NCBI RefSeq assembly: GCF_001194135.2
Contig: NC_068981.1
Location: forward strand, 22,998,977-23,062,976
Direction: 5' to 3'
Length of the DNA: 64,000 nt
Origin: Octopus bimaculoides
Taxonomy: Eukaryota
The position numbers and the translations under genes are program-made. The notes below the pieces were generated by a model. The model had not been told where the DNA came from and made no database searches. It worked only from the letters and a program-made list of their open reading frames with translations. Positions within the stretch are counted from its first letter, which is position 1. Every line of letters begins with the position of its first letter. Shown here one piece after another: positions 25,226 to 38,217 of this stretch.

Positions 25226-25604
25226 CTGATGTTGTTAATGGAAATTGAAAGTACAAAAGGAACTGGTGGTCTCAAAAAAGGACTAATACTACTGGTTTTA
25301 AATTTAGGGACAAAGCTATTAAATTTTAAGGGAAGAAAATGGATACTGCCCCTGATGTTGTTAATGGAAATTGAAAGTGACAAAAGGAACTGGTGGCTTC
25401 AAAAAAGGACTAATGCTACTGGTCTTAAATTTAGGGACAAAGCTATTAAATTTTAAGGGAAGAAAATGGATACTGCCCCTGATGTTGTTAATGGAAATTG
25501 AAAGTACAAAAGGAACTGGTGGCTTCAAAAAAGGACTAATACTACTGGTCTTAAATTTAGGGACAAGGCTAGTAAATTTTAAGGGAAGAAAATGGATACT
25601 GCCC
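25226..25604. repeat. Tandem triplication, units of 126/127/126 bp
   Basis: Units begin ctgatgttgttaatgg at 25226, 25352 and 25479 and are nearly identical. Confidence 0.95.
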
Positions 25605-27799
25605 CAGAACCAGAGTGGTATTTTGCTTTTCATCCTTATGGAGTCGTTAAAATAAAGTTGACCTAGGCAAGATTTGAACTCAGAATACAATAGATCAAAA
25701 CAAACACTGTAAAGCATTTTTTCTGATACTAACAATTCTACCAATTTGACATCTTAATAATACTAATAATAATACTATTAAACAGTATGTAATAATTAAG
25801 ACTTTTATAGTCACATTATAGGCACAAGTTGATGGTGTAGAAAGGTTGTTGTTGAGATTCAAAAACCAACTCTTTTAGAATTTTAGCTACAAACTTTGCA
25901 TAAGTACATTTCTAGACAAAGCATAAGTGCCTACATGGACACCAAATAGTTCTGACAAAAGTTTAAGAAGCTTGACTAAGAGTTACAAAAAGCTGGTAGA
26001 TTGAACCCCAGGCAGAGTCATCCAAAAGTCCATACAGAGCCTTATGGTGGTGATGATGATATTAAAATATATTTTCATTCCGGGTCGCATGTTTTTTTTT
26101 TTTAACAAATTGCACTCAGTACAGCTAAACCTTCATCAGCCAGAAAGATAAATAACAGAATTTTAAACTATCTGGACTAGATACACACATACACACACAC
26201 ACACGACAAAAAGTTACACGGTGTAAACGGATTGCAGAACATGCATACATAGGCAGCAGTGTGGTTAAGAAGTTTGTTTCACAGCTACATGGTTTTGGTT
26301 TCAGTCCCACTGCACAGTACCTTGAACAAGTGTCTTCTACTATAACCCTGGGCCAACCATAGCCTTGAGTGGATTTTGTTAGAAACAGAAAGAAACAGCA
26401 TGTTTTAGCAGAACAGCATATGAGCATATGAGATAGCTAAATACATGTATGTTCAAAAGCTACTCAAAAAGTACAGAATCTTAAATCTGTGATGTTTTGC
26501 ACAAAATTCTGGATCTCCAGTCAATAAATGACTTGAGAATATTGTCCTTCTGGACATTAGCCTCAGTAGAAATACAAGAAAAATACTACTTAATAGTAAA
26601 TCTATACTTAATAGCCTTTCTGAGTGGATTTTTTTTTATTAGTTTTTTTTTTTTTGGCTTCGTGTCAGTTAATGACTATAAACACTATGAAGCTAAGTTT
26701 CAAAAGAATTAGCACAAAGCTAATTGGTCATCTGAAATGACCCATGATGATGCATAATTAATGGGTGGTTTCAGATTGCACTGCATTGTTTTATATTATC
26801 CACCATTATATGTGTAGTTATTCAAAGCTAGATTTGTAAATTTCCTCTAACTAGTCTTTGATTTTCATTGAATTCAAACAAGAACCTAGTGCGTTTGCCA
26901 AGGACACAACCAATACGAACACAGTACTAATTACTGACAAACAAACCTGTTTCTTCAGATACTAACTTACAAAGTAGGAAATTAACAGTGTGGTTTAATA
27001 TTGGAGCTTATAATTTATGCTATCATTTACAAAGGTAGAGCTGAGATAAAGGAAGAGTCATTTTAAACTATTTAAGAAAACACGGAAATTGTTACATTTA
27101 CTTTCCATTTATATTTTAATAGTACCGCTGTGTCAAAAAGTTTTGTTGTACTTCTACAACCTGGTCACTTACATAATTGCACTGTATCTGTTGAAAACGA
27201 GTTACTGGTGAGTTTTTATAAACGGTGAAAATGCTTCATCATCATCATCACCATGTAACATCCATTTTCCATGCTGGCATGGGTGGGATGGTTTGACAGG
27301 AGCTGACAAGCCAGCATAAAGCTCTAGCGCCTGCTTTGGAATGGTTTCTACAGATGCTTTAGAATGGGTTCTACAGATGCCCTTCCTAATTCCAATCACT
27401 TTACTAGGCACCAGTACTACTGAAGTCACCAAGTAACTTGAAAGACAAAACCCCTTCAACTGAAGAAGATGTAGTACTGATGTAGATGGTTTTCATGCCA
27501 AGTGCTGAGAGAGAGGCAGGAACATGTGTCTTGCAGTAGAGGAGACACAGGGCTAAACTAGATTTGTTTTTTTTTTCTCTGTTCTTTTTCCTCCTTTTGT
27601 TTTTGTTTGTTCTTTTTCTTAATTATGAAGTTTGCTTAAAAAGAACTGGACATAAAAAACAGCATGTTGACCAGCTGGCATAGCATACAAGCAACTACAA
27701 TGTTGTGTATTTAGGACGTTGACCTTCAGTCTCATAATAGCTATATCAAGACGTGTCAGTTAGTCATCAATTTACATATGCGAGAGTGAATGAATGTTT

Positions 27800-28030
27800 A
27801 TTGCACTTGGAGATTTGCAGCATGTTGAACAATGAAGCATTTGGAAGAGTGACAGGTTTGTGTGAAATTCTGTTTCAAATTGAGAAAATTTTTACAGAGG
27901 AATTTCTAATGTTGTAACATGTCTATGGCGGGAAAGAATGTTTGAGTTATACGCAATGTCATGAGTGGAACCAGCATTTCAAATTACGAAGAGCATCAAC
28001 TTGGACAACCTAAAATCTGAATGAAATTTT
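27800..28030 (+). mobile_element. 5' fragment of a mariner-family transposase (N-terminal HTH region)
   Basis: Reads approximately RVCVKFCFKLRK...HVYGGKECLSYTQCHEWNQHFKLRRAS, like the mariner N-terminus QRxCIKFCFKLGK...YG.ECLSRxQxxEWxxRFKxGR. Frameshifted. Confidence 0.6.
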
Positions 28031-29677
28031 AAGAGAATGGACAATGATCACTTTGCCTAAGTATGTGCGGTCATTTGTGAAAATTGTCCATAAATGTCAT
28101 AAGAAGTATACATCTGGAATTATGTCCAACCTAAGCAAGCATGGAGAAGTTGATGTTAAAACAACAAGGATGATGCATCAATGTTTGGCCCAAGTTCTAC
28201 AGCTGAACGCCCTTCCGAACACCAACTCCTTTATACAATGTCCTGGATATCTTTTGCCATGATACAAACACTAGAAAGGTTGTTATACCTTTGGCCAGAG
28301 TAAGGGGTCATCTTGACTCAATACTTTGCAATCATTTTACAGAGGGTACTGTGCTTTACATACTATACATACACACACACACCAACAAATATTATCCAAT
28401 GGGCTGGTGTATAATTTCCGACTAATAAATTTCCCTCATGAAGCTTTATCTGAGCCAAGGCTATGGTAGTAGAAGGTTTAAGGCATCATGCAGTGGGACT
28501 GAACCTGAACCAAGTGGTCATGAAGCACAAGCCATACTGTGGCCACTGTTTTCTAAGTATTCACATGTGATAATTATTTCAGGATGACAATCTCAATCTA
28601 GTTTTATCAGTTATTATATAGGGCAACACTGAGGACGTTTTATGTGGTCACATGGCATGCTAGAAATAGCCACCCATATTTGTTTCAAAACATAATTTAG
28701 TGTCTTAAAACAAATGACACATTGCAAAATATACTTCTCCAGCAAGAAGACAGAATACTTTTAATCATCGGTCTGCCAAATTAGTGTTGACCAACAACAA
28801 ACATGCTAACGAGAGAGCATCTATATAGTCACTCGAGCTGCTAGAAACAGCAACCAAATCTACTTCAAATTACATCATCTTATCTCATATAAGGGCAATT
28901 AAATAGAATAGGCCTACATACCCCACCNNNNNNNNNNNNNNNNNNNNNNNNNNNNNNNNNNNNNNNNNNNNNNNNNNNNNNNNNNNNNGGTTGAAACACA
29001 TTTGATCATAGGTCTGCTGAATTATGGCCAACCAACAACACAAAATATTACAACATATGGCATAGCATATCATTTTAAAAATATGATTGGTCAATATTTT
29101 CTAATTAAAATTTTATTTTCTAATCATCCAAAATTGTACTACTTTAGGCAAAATTGGGTGTGTTTGTATATATAAACTCTTAGATAATCAGTTATTTAAT
29201 ATGTGATTGTTTATTTAACCAGGTCATACAACAGATAAATATTTTATGTTATCTGTCATTTTCTAAGTTATCTATACAATTCTTGCTGTTGATCTCCTTT
29301 GCTTGTCTCATATCTGCAATGTAACAAAAACTAGCCTTCCTCTTAAGGAGCCAGAAAATGCTTCACCTCTCAACAGTGACTGACACCCTACAAAATGAGA
29401 TCATGGATAGAATCCTATTCCTACTTATGGGTTGGAGCTGTTGTTATATATATATATATATATGAACAGCCTAGGCCACATGCAAAAAAGAACACCCATA
29501 ACTCACTCCACCTTGAGTTTTTGCCATAGATTTGTTTACCAACAGATGCCTAACAGATGTATTGACACATCATATCTCTCTAACACTCACCATCTCTCCC
29601 ATTCATAGCATGCTGCCACTATAACTATGAATGGCACTGGACCTGTTCATATTCAACTGCTACCAGCACTTTATATT

Positions 29678-29731
<54 letters not shown>

Positions 29732-30314
29732 GCATGCACCCCCCTACACGCACACACATATATATGCACATACATGCAATGGGCTTCTTCTTATTTCTAT
29801 CTACCAGATCTGCTCACACAGCTTTGTTTGGCCAAGGACTATAGTAGGAGATACTTTCCCAGGCTGCTAAACAGTGGGACTGAACCAGAAACCAAATGGT
29901 TAGGAAGCAAGCTTCTTAACCATATAACTATGCCTATGTTTACCAGTATATCCACAGAAAGTAGCTAATAAAAGAAAAGTGTTCAACAGTAGAAATTAAA
30001 CCAGGAATCTAATGTCTGACATGGTCCTTCAACCCATCTAGGAGGACAGTAAGAATTTGTCCAACAAATGTCAGTTTGAAATGGGGGCGCAGGCATAAAA
30101 TGATGTGTGTGTCAATGTGCGATCACAGAATCAGTATGTCAGACAAAAATAAAAAAGATATTATTGGATATCTGGATTTTTTTTTTCATCAACTACATTT
30201 TAATACTTGGGTTGACTTAGGTGCTCTGTTTTCAGGAGATCAAGCACCAGACCAAGCACTAGGGTTGACAAAAGACCAAAAAATGAATTTAAAATGTAAA
30301 CTAACTGTACTTAC

Positions 30315-30581
30315 TTGGATTGGTTAAACCTTTTCGGATAGATTCCACCCATATTTGGCAAGTTGTGCTGTCTCTACAGCGAAATGTCACTTTACGTTCG
30401 CGCCACTTATGATGACCAATTCTACGGATGTGAAACACCGAAAATACATGGGGCTTAAGGGTTTGCATTTCCACAAAAAGGGTACTCGAATCCTTTGATG
30501 AAAACCCATTGCTACTGCTGTCATATTTTTCTGTTGTTACTCCGATTACTTCATTCAGTTCAATTGTATATCGGTTCTGGG
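30315..30581 (-). CDS. CERK: Ceramide kinase coding exon (C-terminal part of PH domain), 267 nt, phase 1-1
   Basis: Acceptor tttaatttcAG and donor GTaagt. Translates QNRYTIELNEVIGV...PHVFSVFHIRRIGHHKWRERKVTFRCRDSTTCQIWVESIRKGLTNP, resembling the CERK PH segment (recalled human FTVHCVKRARRHRWKWAQVTFWC...CHLWLQTLR). Joins in frame to exon 9612-9740. Confidence 0.9.
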
Positions 30582-31016
30582 CTGAAATTAAAAACAAACA
30601 CAAATAAAAATTATAAACTTTTTAAATAAAACAACATGAAGGATGAATCAGTACAGACAACTTATAATATTTGGCCCAACCCCTTTGCTTTATGTTCTAA
30701 ATTCCATCTCATCCACCTTCAAATCAACTTCATCTATCAGTCTTACAAAACTGATGAGCTATATAGTACAATCATCATCATTGGTTTAATGTCCACTTTT
30801 CTGTGCTTGCATGGGTCAGACAGAGTTTACTGAGGCAGATTTCTCCACAGCTCAGATGTCCTTCGTGTCATTAACCTTCACCTGTCTCCAAGTTAGGGAA
30901 TATTTCTCTATGGTCAGACATGTTCCAGCAGAATATAGGAAATGAATGACATCCATTTGCAACAATCACATGATATTAGAACAAGAAGACACATACATAC
31001 ATATACACACACTTCA

Positions 31017-31195
31017 TACATATACAAACACTTCATACATACAATACACACACACACACACGTACATACATACATACACACGTACATACATACATACACA
31101 CGTACATACATACATACACACGTACATACATACATACACACGTACATACATACATACACACGTACATACACACATACATACATACATACACACAT

Positions 31196-31226
<31 letters not shown>

Positions 31227-31296
31227 TACATACACCTACATACATACATACACACACGTACATACACACGTACATATACACATACATACACACACA
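31017..31296. repeat. Compound (TACA)n/(CA)n microsatellite with a 20-bp higher-order unit
   Basis: cacgtacatacatacataca is repeated several times. Confidence 0.95.
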
Positions 31297-33868
31297 TGAT
31301 AGGCTTCTTTCAACTTCTGTCTATCAAATCCACTCAAGGTTTTTGGTCAGCTTGAAGCTACGGCAGAAGACAGTTGTCCAAGGTGCAACACAGTGGGACT
31401 GAACCCAAAACTATGTGGTTGGGAAGCAAACTTCTTAACCACACAGCCATGCCTGCACCAATCAATGCATAAAAAAAAAACAAAAAAAACCTCTTGGTAT
31501 TTGGCTATGGCCCTTTATATTCTATTGATATCTCTTATGCCCAGATTGCCATTGCTTTTCGATGTAATGTGTTGATAACATGAGTACCAATCAAGTAGTG
31601 GGAGTCAATATAATCAACTCTAGACTTGAAAGCAGTGCCCCACCTTGGCTACAGACCAATGGCTGAAACTAGTAAAAGAATTAAAAGCAATAAATATATA
31701 AATAAGAAATTGAACAAATATGACAAAAACTTCTACAAATGACATTTCTTATTTAATTAATTATTTACATTCCACGCACCCCTGAATGAAAGAGGCTTAT
31801 GCAAATTTTAATATTTACATTTCAATTGTTGGCTGCAGGCCACTCTTACCTACTGATAACAAATACAAGCAAGCAATTTTCTCTTTACAAGATCGCTCGA
31901 TCTGCTAGAAATAGCAGCCAAACCTCACTCAAATCATACAGATCGTCCAACTTTTGCCAGCATGGAAAAGAGACATTATATAATATGATGATAATAGTGA
32001 TGATGATGATTTACTTGAACCAGGGTTGATGTGGAGCTATAAACAACCAGACATATAATTTGAGGGAGATGCTAGTTTGAGTGGCAAGGGTATGTGTCTA
32101 CATTGCCAGCTCATGATTCCCTGACTTGTTTCTAAACAGGACATGGAATCTTACATTGCTTCACATCACTTAGTTACACAGCAGCAGGTCTTGCTTTTCT
32201 TTTTAAATATATTTTTCTACTTTATCTTTTTTTTTTTTTAAAAAAAAAAAAAAGCATTTAGTTGAATATGGAAAGGCAATGTTTGAACAATTCTGCTAGC
32301 ATATCAGTATGACAATGTCTGTATTGGCGGGAAGGAATTTCAGAGGATTACAATTCTAGGGAGAAAGGACTGCATGTAATGTTTAGAGTGGGACCTGGGA
32401 GAAGAAGAGAGAGATATCAAGAGGTTGATAGGTGGTAGAAGAGGGACTCGGTAGAGAAAATATGCAACTAATTGGTTCAGAAAAACAGAGGATATTGTAG
32501 TTAAAAACAGAAGAGACCGTTAGAAGAAACAGCGAGTCTACGAGTTAAGTTGTGATGGACTGGTTCATTAAGCCTTTGTCAAGCTGATAAATATCCTTTT
32601 TATTGCAATTTCGAAAATTTATGCCACCAGTAGCTACACCATTTCCAGCAGTGTAAGCAACAACCCAATATCTGACAAAATTAGCTAACACAAGACAGGT
32701 TTATCTCCTCAACTTCACATGGGTCCTTGTAATACACAAGCACAAAATTATCTTCAGTCTATAGTAGATTAATTGAGCCTAGCCATAACAGGGATCAATG
32801 AGCCTAGCCATAGCAGGGTTTGAATTATTGACTTTGATTCCCTTTGAGTTTAAACTACACAAATCATTCGTTTGTGTCGTTTAACATGTTTTAACATGAT
32901 TTCCATGTGACTGAGGGTTAGACAGTAGGTAATTGTGGCATATTTTTATGGTCAGATACTTTTCTTGTCATCAACTCTTACCTGCTTTTCAAGGAAGGAA
33001 CTTTTTTTTTATTCTAAGGTAATTCAAAAGCACAGAGCTAGTAAACAATTCGTTGACAGAAAATGTCAATGAATGTCATTGCTTGCCACCCAGATACAAC
33101 AGGGATGCTATAACCCAACATAGCTTTGGTAAACATTCAGACACACACACACACAAACAGATGCCCATTCATACACACACACACATACACACAACTAGTT
33201 TCTTTCAGTTTCCATCTACCAAATTACCTCACAAGGTACTGATTAGCCAGGGGACTATAGCAGAAGGGTCTTGCCCAAGGTGCCATGCAGTAGGACTGCA
33301 GCTGTACCCAAGATATGAAAATGTGTAAGAAATTGATCTAGTCTGAAGAAATTTAAACAATGACATTGTGAAGATTCAACTGCTTGAGTCTTGACTTCAT
33401 AACCATAGGTCAGATTTTGGTCCAGCCATTGTGCTCTGACCCTGGCCTTGTTGAAATGTCATGTGTGCATTACTCTAAGATACTAAACTGACAACAAGTG
33501 CTACTCTTATTTTACAACTGTGTGATTGGAGCCAAGACAGACATCAAACAATAAAATAGTTAAATCAAAAAAAAAGGAATAGAAATTGCAAATGCATGAG
33601 GAATACACTGAATGAAGTATAGTAGCGATGATGATGATGAAATATTTGGCTGCCTGGCTGATTCTATGATTTAGTGAAATATCAAATGAGATGTTTCTGT
33701 GAACATCTTCATTTTAAACACAGAGTAACCCATCACACAACACCAACACAGATGCCGGATGTTGGCAGATATCAGTGCTTGCGACACACGTCCTGAGGTT
33801 AGAGTCTGCCTGTGCAAGCTGCTTATCTTAGTCTATCTAGCTGTAAAAGTGGGAATTATTTTCACGGT

Positions 33869-33900
<32 letters not shown>

Positions 33901-35720
33901 GACTAGTGGCAGGAAATGCCTGCTGCAACAATTCAAAGAAATTTAGATAGACATTCATATATTTTCACTGTAGGAAGAGGAGGAGATGCAAACCAGGAAA
34001 ATTTTGGGAAAAAATAAAAATAAATAAAAGAAACACTTATCTAAACATGTTATTACAACAAAAGGCACAAACATAAACTACTCTGAAAGAACAGAGGAAT
34101 TATTCAGGGAAAATGTTCTTAGTCTCCTCTCCAAAACAACACATTCACACACACATGGAAGACATTAAAGAAAAACATAAGTCAGCTCTCCGGATATGGG
34201 TCCGCACAGCAGAGATAATGTAAGTTTGAGACAAATGGTGATTAGCTGTACAGCAGATGTTCCCAACTCACCATGCCAACAGAGAAAAACAAACATAAAA
34301 AAATTACTGATGATTATTACTGATCATCATCATCACCATCATTTGAATGTATTTCTTAGTTATTTAATATATTGTTTAATTTACATAATTTTGAAATATA
34401 AAATAGAATAGGTGCAAGCATGGCTGTATGATTAACAAGTTTGCTTCCCGACCATATGGTTGTGGGCTCATGGCACTTTGGCCAAAGGCCAGAGCCTTGT
34501 GGGTGGATTTGGTAGACAGAAATTGAGAGAACTCAGTCGAATATATATTGTATGTATCTATGTGTATGTATGGAGTGAGTATTTGTGCTTGTGTCTCCTT
34601 TCTTAGCATCATATAACAATTGTAAATGAGAGTCAGTGTCATACAAGCAGTGTGGTTCATTTTCAATATTCTGTGAAAACATGTTTGACCATGCCGGCAT
34701 TTGGCTGTAGAAAACCTGCCTCAATAAGCACCATCTGACTCATGCAAGTAATGGATGGTTTGACCAGGGACGATAAGTTAACTCCAGTCTGATTTGGAAT
34801 GGTTTCTACGGCTGGATGCCCTTCCTAATGCCAACCACTCCAAGAGTGTATTGGGTGTTTTTACATGCCTCTAGCATGGGTGCCAGTTACATGACACCAG
34901 AATCTGCCATGACTATGGTTTCACTTGGCTTCATGGGTCTTATTCTCAAGCACATAATGCCAAAGGTCTTGGTCATTTATCGTTGCTTCCATGAGGGTCT
35001 TGGTTATTTGTCATTGAAAACACACATTTCTTAAAAAACAAAAGCTAAACCCCTTCTGAATGGTCTCCAATGGAGATATGTAATAAAAAACAATATGAAA
35101 TTCACCTCCTTGAGAAGTTACATCTGATTAAGCCAACACTTTAAACAGAGCAGCTTTGCTAGGATAATGAAAAGTAATCTAACATACTTATAAAATTATT
35201 AATCAGATAAATAACTGATAAATCTATCATATCCTCCAATAAGGTTTCAAGTCACATCTGATTCTTTTTTCAATTATTACATATTTTACCTATATCCATA
35301 TTGTTTATATTTAAGATATACAGATGAAAGCTTTGAACAATCCTCATCACCATTTAACTGCTATCTTCTATGCTGACATAGGTTGGATGGTTTGAATAGA
35401 TCTGATGAATGAGAGGACTGCATCATGTTCCGATTTCTACTTTGGCATGGTTTCTATGGTTAGATGCCCTCCTTACTGTCAACCATTTTACAAAGTGTAC
35501 TGGCTACTTTTTCCATGGCAACAGTACTAGTGATGTCACAATGTAACTCACAAGACTAAGTCACCCCTCGACAGAGTAGGACTACAGTAGAGAGGTGGGC
35601 AGCTTTATGCTAGGAAAGGAGAGGTTAAAGTATTATAAAAGGAGCTGGAAAGGATTTCTTGCAGTAGAAGAGATACATGGTGACTTTATATTATGTTTTT
35701 ATTATTATTATTATTACTAT

Positions 35721-36091
35721 TATTACTTCCGCCTTAGCAAAGGCGGAGGTATTGCTTCAGTCATGTTTGTTCGTTTGTCCATGGACAAGATATCTCAAGA
35801 ACCACTGTATGGGTTTGGATGAAACTTTCAGGGATGTTTGGCCTGCTGACTGACGTGAACTGATTAGATTTTGGGATTGATCCAGTGCCAGACAAGGAGT
35901 CTGGATTATTTTCCCGTTTTTTTTTTTCTTTACTTAATTTTTGAGAGCGGTCAGGTTCATTTTTAGTATTCTCGTTTGTGAAAGCAGTCAAGTTTATTTC
36001 AGATATTCTCATTTTAAAAATCTTTTCCGGCTAATCATTGAGAGGATGTTGGTGTTGCCTTGGCGGAGGTTTGCGCTCTCTGAGTGCTCTT
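35721..36091 (+). mobile_element. DINE-1/Helentron-like non-autonomous element (HINE)
   Basis: 5' self-complementary ttacttccgcc...ggcggaggta, a gtttgttcgtttgtcc microsatellite, a second ggcggaggt near the 3' end, then the hairpin gcgctc-tct-gagtgc. Inserted in (tta)n/AT-rich DNA. Confidence 0.75.
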
Positions 36092-38007
36092 ATTATTAAT
36101 AAGTTAAATGAAGAGAAATTTCTCCCCAAGTGAAGAGATTAATGCAGTTGATGTTCAGTGTGAACATTTGTAGGCTAATGTTTACAAGAGTATACATAAG
36201 TGATTCTTTTTAACCCTAGATCAATCCTGATCAAGCATTCCAGCCATGACCATCCTATCATTGTAGGTATATCTAGAAATACATTATTTAATGTCTCATT
36301 AAGACAGTAAAGATTCTGCCTATTATTTCTAGTAGGTTGATTAACTACATAGAGGGTGCTCATTGATAATCTGCCTCAATGTTACACACACACACACACA
36401 ACTGTCTTAATTTAACCACCAAACTATTTTTCAATAAATTTCTCCATAATTAACATAAATCTCTGGTCTTTACAAAACTCTTCAAACAATTCCAATGTTT
36501 AGGCAATGACAATGGCTCATTAGCTAACATCAAAGTTTCAATTTATTCATTAACCAAGCCAAAATTACAGACAACTGATGATCAAAAACTAATGATTTTC
36601 CATTGGTAAGGAAAATACCATAGCTAACAAATTTAGTTTACCATTATTTTTAGAAAACTTTTTAGAATTTCTTTCCTACTTCAACAAACAAATCTAGTCA
36701 TGGTCTTTTCATACTTGTACCTAATTGTTAACCAGCATGATTTACTTGGTGCAACCTGACAATGGTGATAGTTCTATTATCGAAAAGAAGACATTCAACA
36801 AAGCATGTTACTTCAATTGAACTGAAAATTTATGTCGACCTAAAAATTACAGAAAACTCTTTCAATAAGTTATTCTAATTGTATGAAAAGGGTGTGGAAA
36901 AAGAGGAAGGTAAGTTACTAAACAAGCTGGGTTTGAACATAGAAACTGACATACATGATACAGTGTGTTGAAAAACACCAATTAAGTGAGATTATCCAAG
37001 CAAGTAGATGAAAACTCTCTAAGTGAGGTGTTTAATAACTTAAAATAACAACCAAGGAAGGTAACTCAAATATCAGCTACTTCAAATTTTAAGAAATAAA
37101 TGCATGATGATTAATGTAGGGGATCTTGTCTTCAAAGCCAACAAATAGAGCATACCTCTGAGGTATTTTCTGTCAGCCGTATTGTTAATATTCATAATGA
37201 ACATTGCTACACATTTCCTCTATTTCTATGCAATTTACCCCCAAGTCTTGCTGACTGAATAAAATGTTTTGCTGAGGAGATCCAATATGACTTAAACAAG
37301 TTTGGTGCTTTCATTAGCAGCCTTTTAAAGACAAGATCTACACCGCTCATCTACACTAGCTTAATTTAAAAAAAATATTAGTAGCTGATATTATTAGGGT
37401 GATCTCCCTTATTTTATTTTAGATTTTAAAGCACCTCCTGAAGGAATTTTTGTCTCCTAATTACATGGATAATATCAGTTAATTGAGTTTTTTTCACAAC
37501 CATCGAAGCATGAAGTGCTCTTCACGACCTCGTGTTCATGAGATGGTTGTGATCTGTAAACAGTCTTGAGTAAGAACAGGAAAGAAAAGTATGAACATAC
37601 AATGCACATGTGCTCACTGAATTTGTAAAATGGAAGAGAAGAAGAAAAAACGTAATGTCTGATGGTCTGCATGCCATGGCTGACACCATTATCATGCAGC
37701 TTTATTAAAATTTTCTTGTTCAACTGAAAGCATTATACACAGAAGAACCTACATATGTCTATTTTGTATGTCCATCAATCACTGAGCTTTTTTGTTGTTT
37801 TTTAGCCAAATACATTAGCTACTTTGGATGACAACCCTTTTCCAGAGTTTAATTAGGGTTTGTGATACAAACAGTTAGTTCTCAGTGGCCCGGTCCACCT
37901 AGCTGTAAAGAAACAGCACTGGGCAAAAGACTTCAGTGTGAACTAATCGCTAAATTTGACCTTTGTTTTTTATGTAAAATGTTACCTGTGGTTGATTGGT
38001 AACTTTA

Positions 38008-38217
38008 CAGGGTGTCCACAAAGTCTGGATACATGGGATTAACACATACTTTAAGAAATTATTATTTCTTATATTTAATTGTTTATATTATGATTTTATT
38101 TACCCCATGTACCCATATGCAGATTAACACATACTTTAAGAAATTATTATTTCTTATATCTAATTGTTTATGTTGTGATTTTCCTTATTCCATGTACCCA
38201 GACTTTGTGGATCCCTG
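38008..38217. mobile_element. Tc1/mariner-type MITE, 210 bp
   Basis: About 30-bp TIRs cagggtgtccacaaagtctggatacatggg / ccatgtacccagactttgtggatccctg, TA TSD at 38006-07 and 38218-19, and an internal direct duplication. Confidence 0.85.

Noticed and set aside
25226-25604. Short direct repeats as a CRISPR-like array or a coding repeat protein
   Set aside because: Eukaryotic context; units are contiguous with no unique spacers.
27173-27187. 15-nt (or 9-nt) exon-like segment with ttttcaacAG and GTAAGT on the minus strand
   Set aside because: In the required phase it creates a stop at the junction with exon 9612-9740. Such pairs are expected by chance in a 20-kb AT-rich intron.
30914-31355. Long ORFs of His/Thr/Tyr or Val/Cys/Met repeats
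   Set aside because: They are translations of the (TACA)n microsatellite.
37494-37552. Imperfect hairpin (11-bp plus 6-bp plus 4-bp stems) as a pre-miRNA
   Set aside because: Large asymmetric bulges; the right arm resembles a repeat-derived motif seen elsewhere (catgagatggttgt near 21385).
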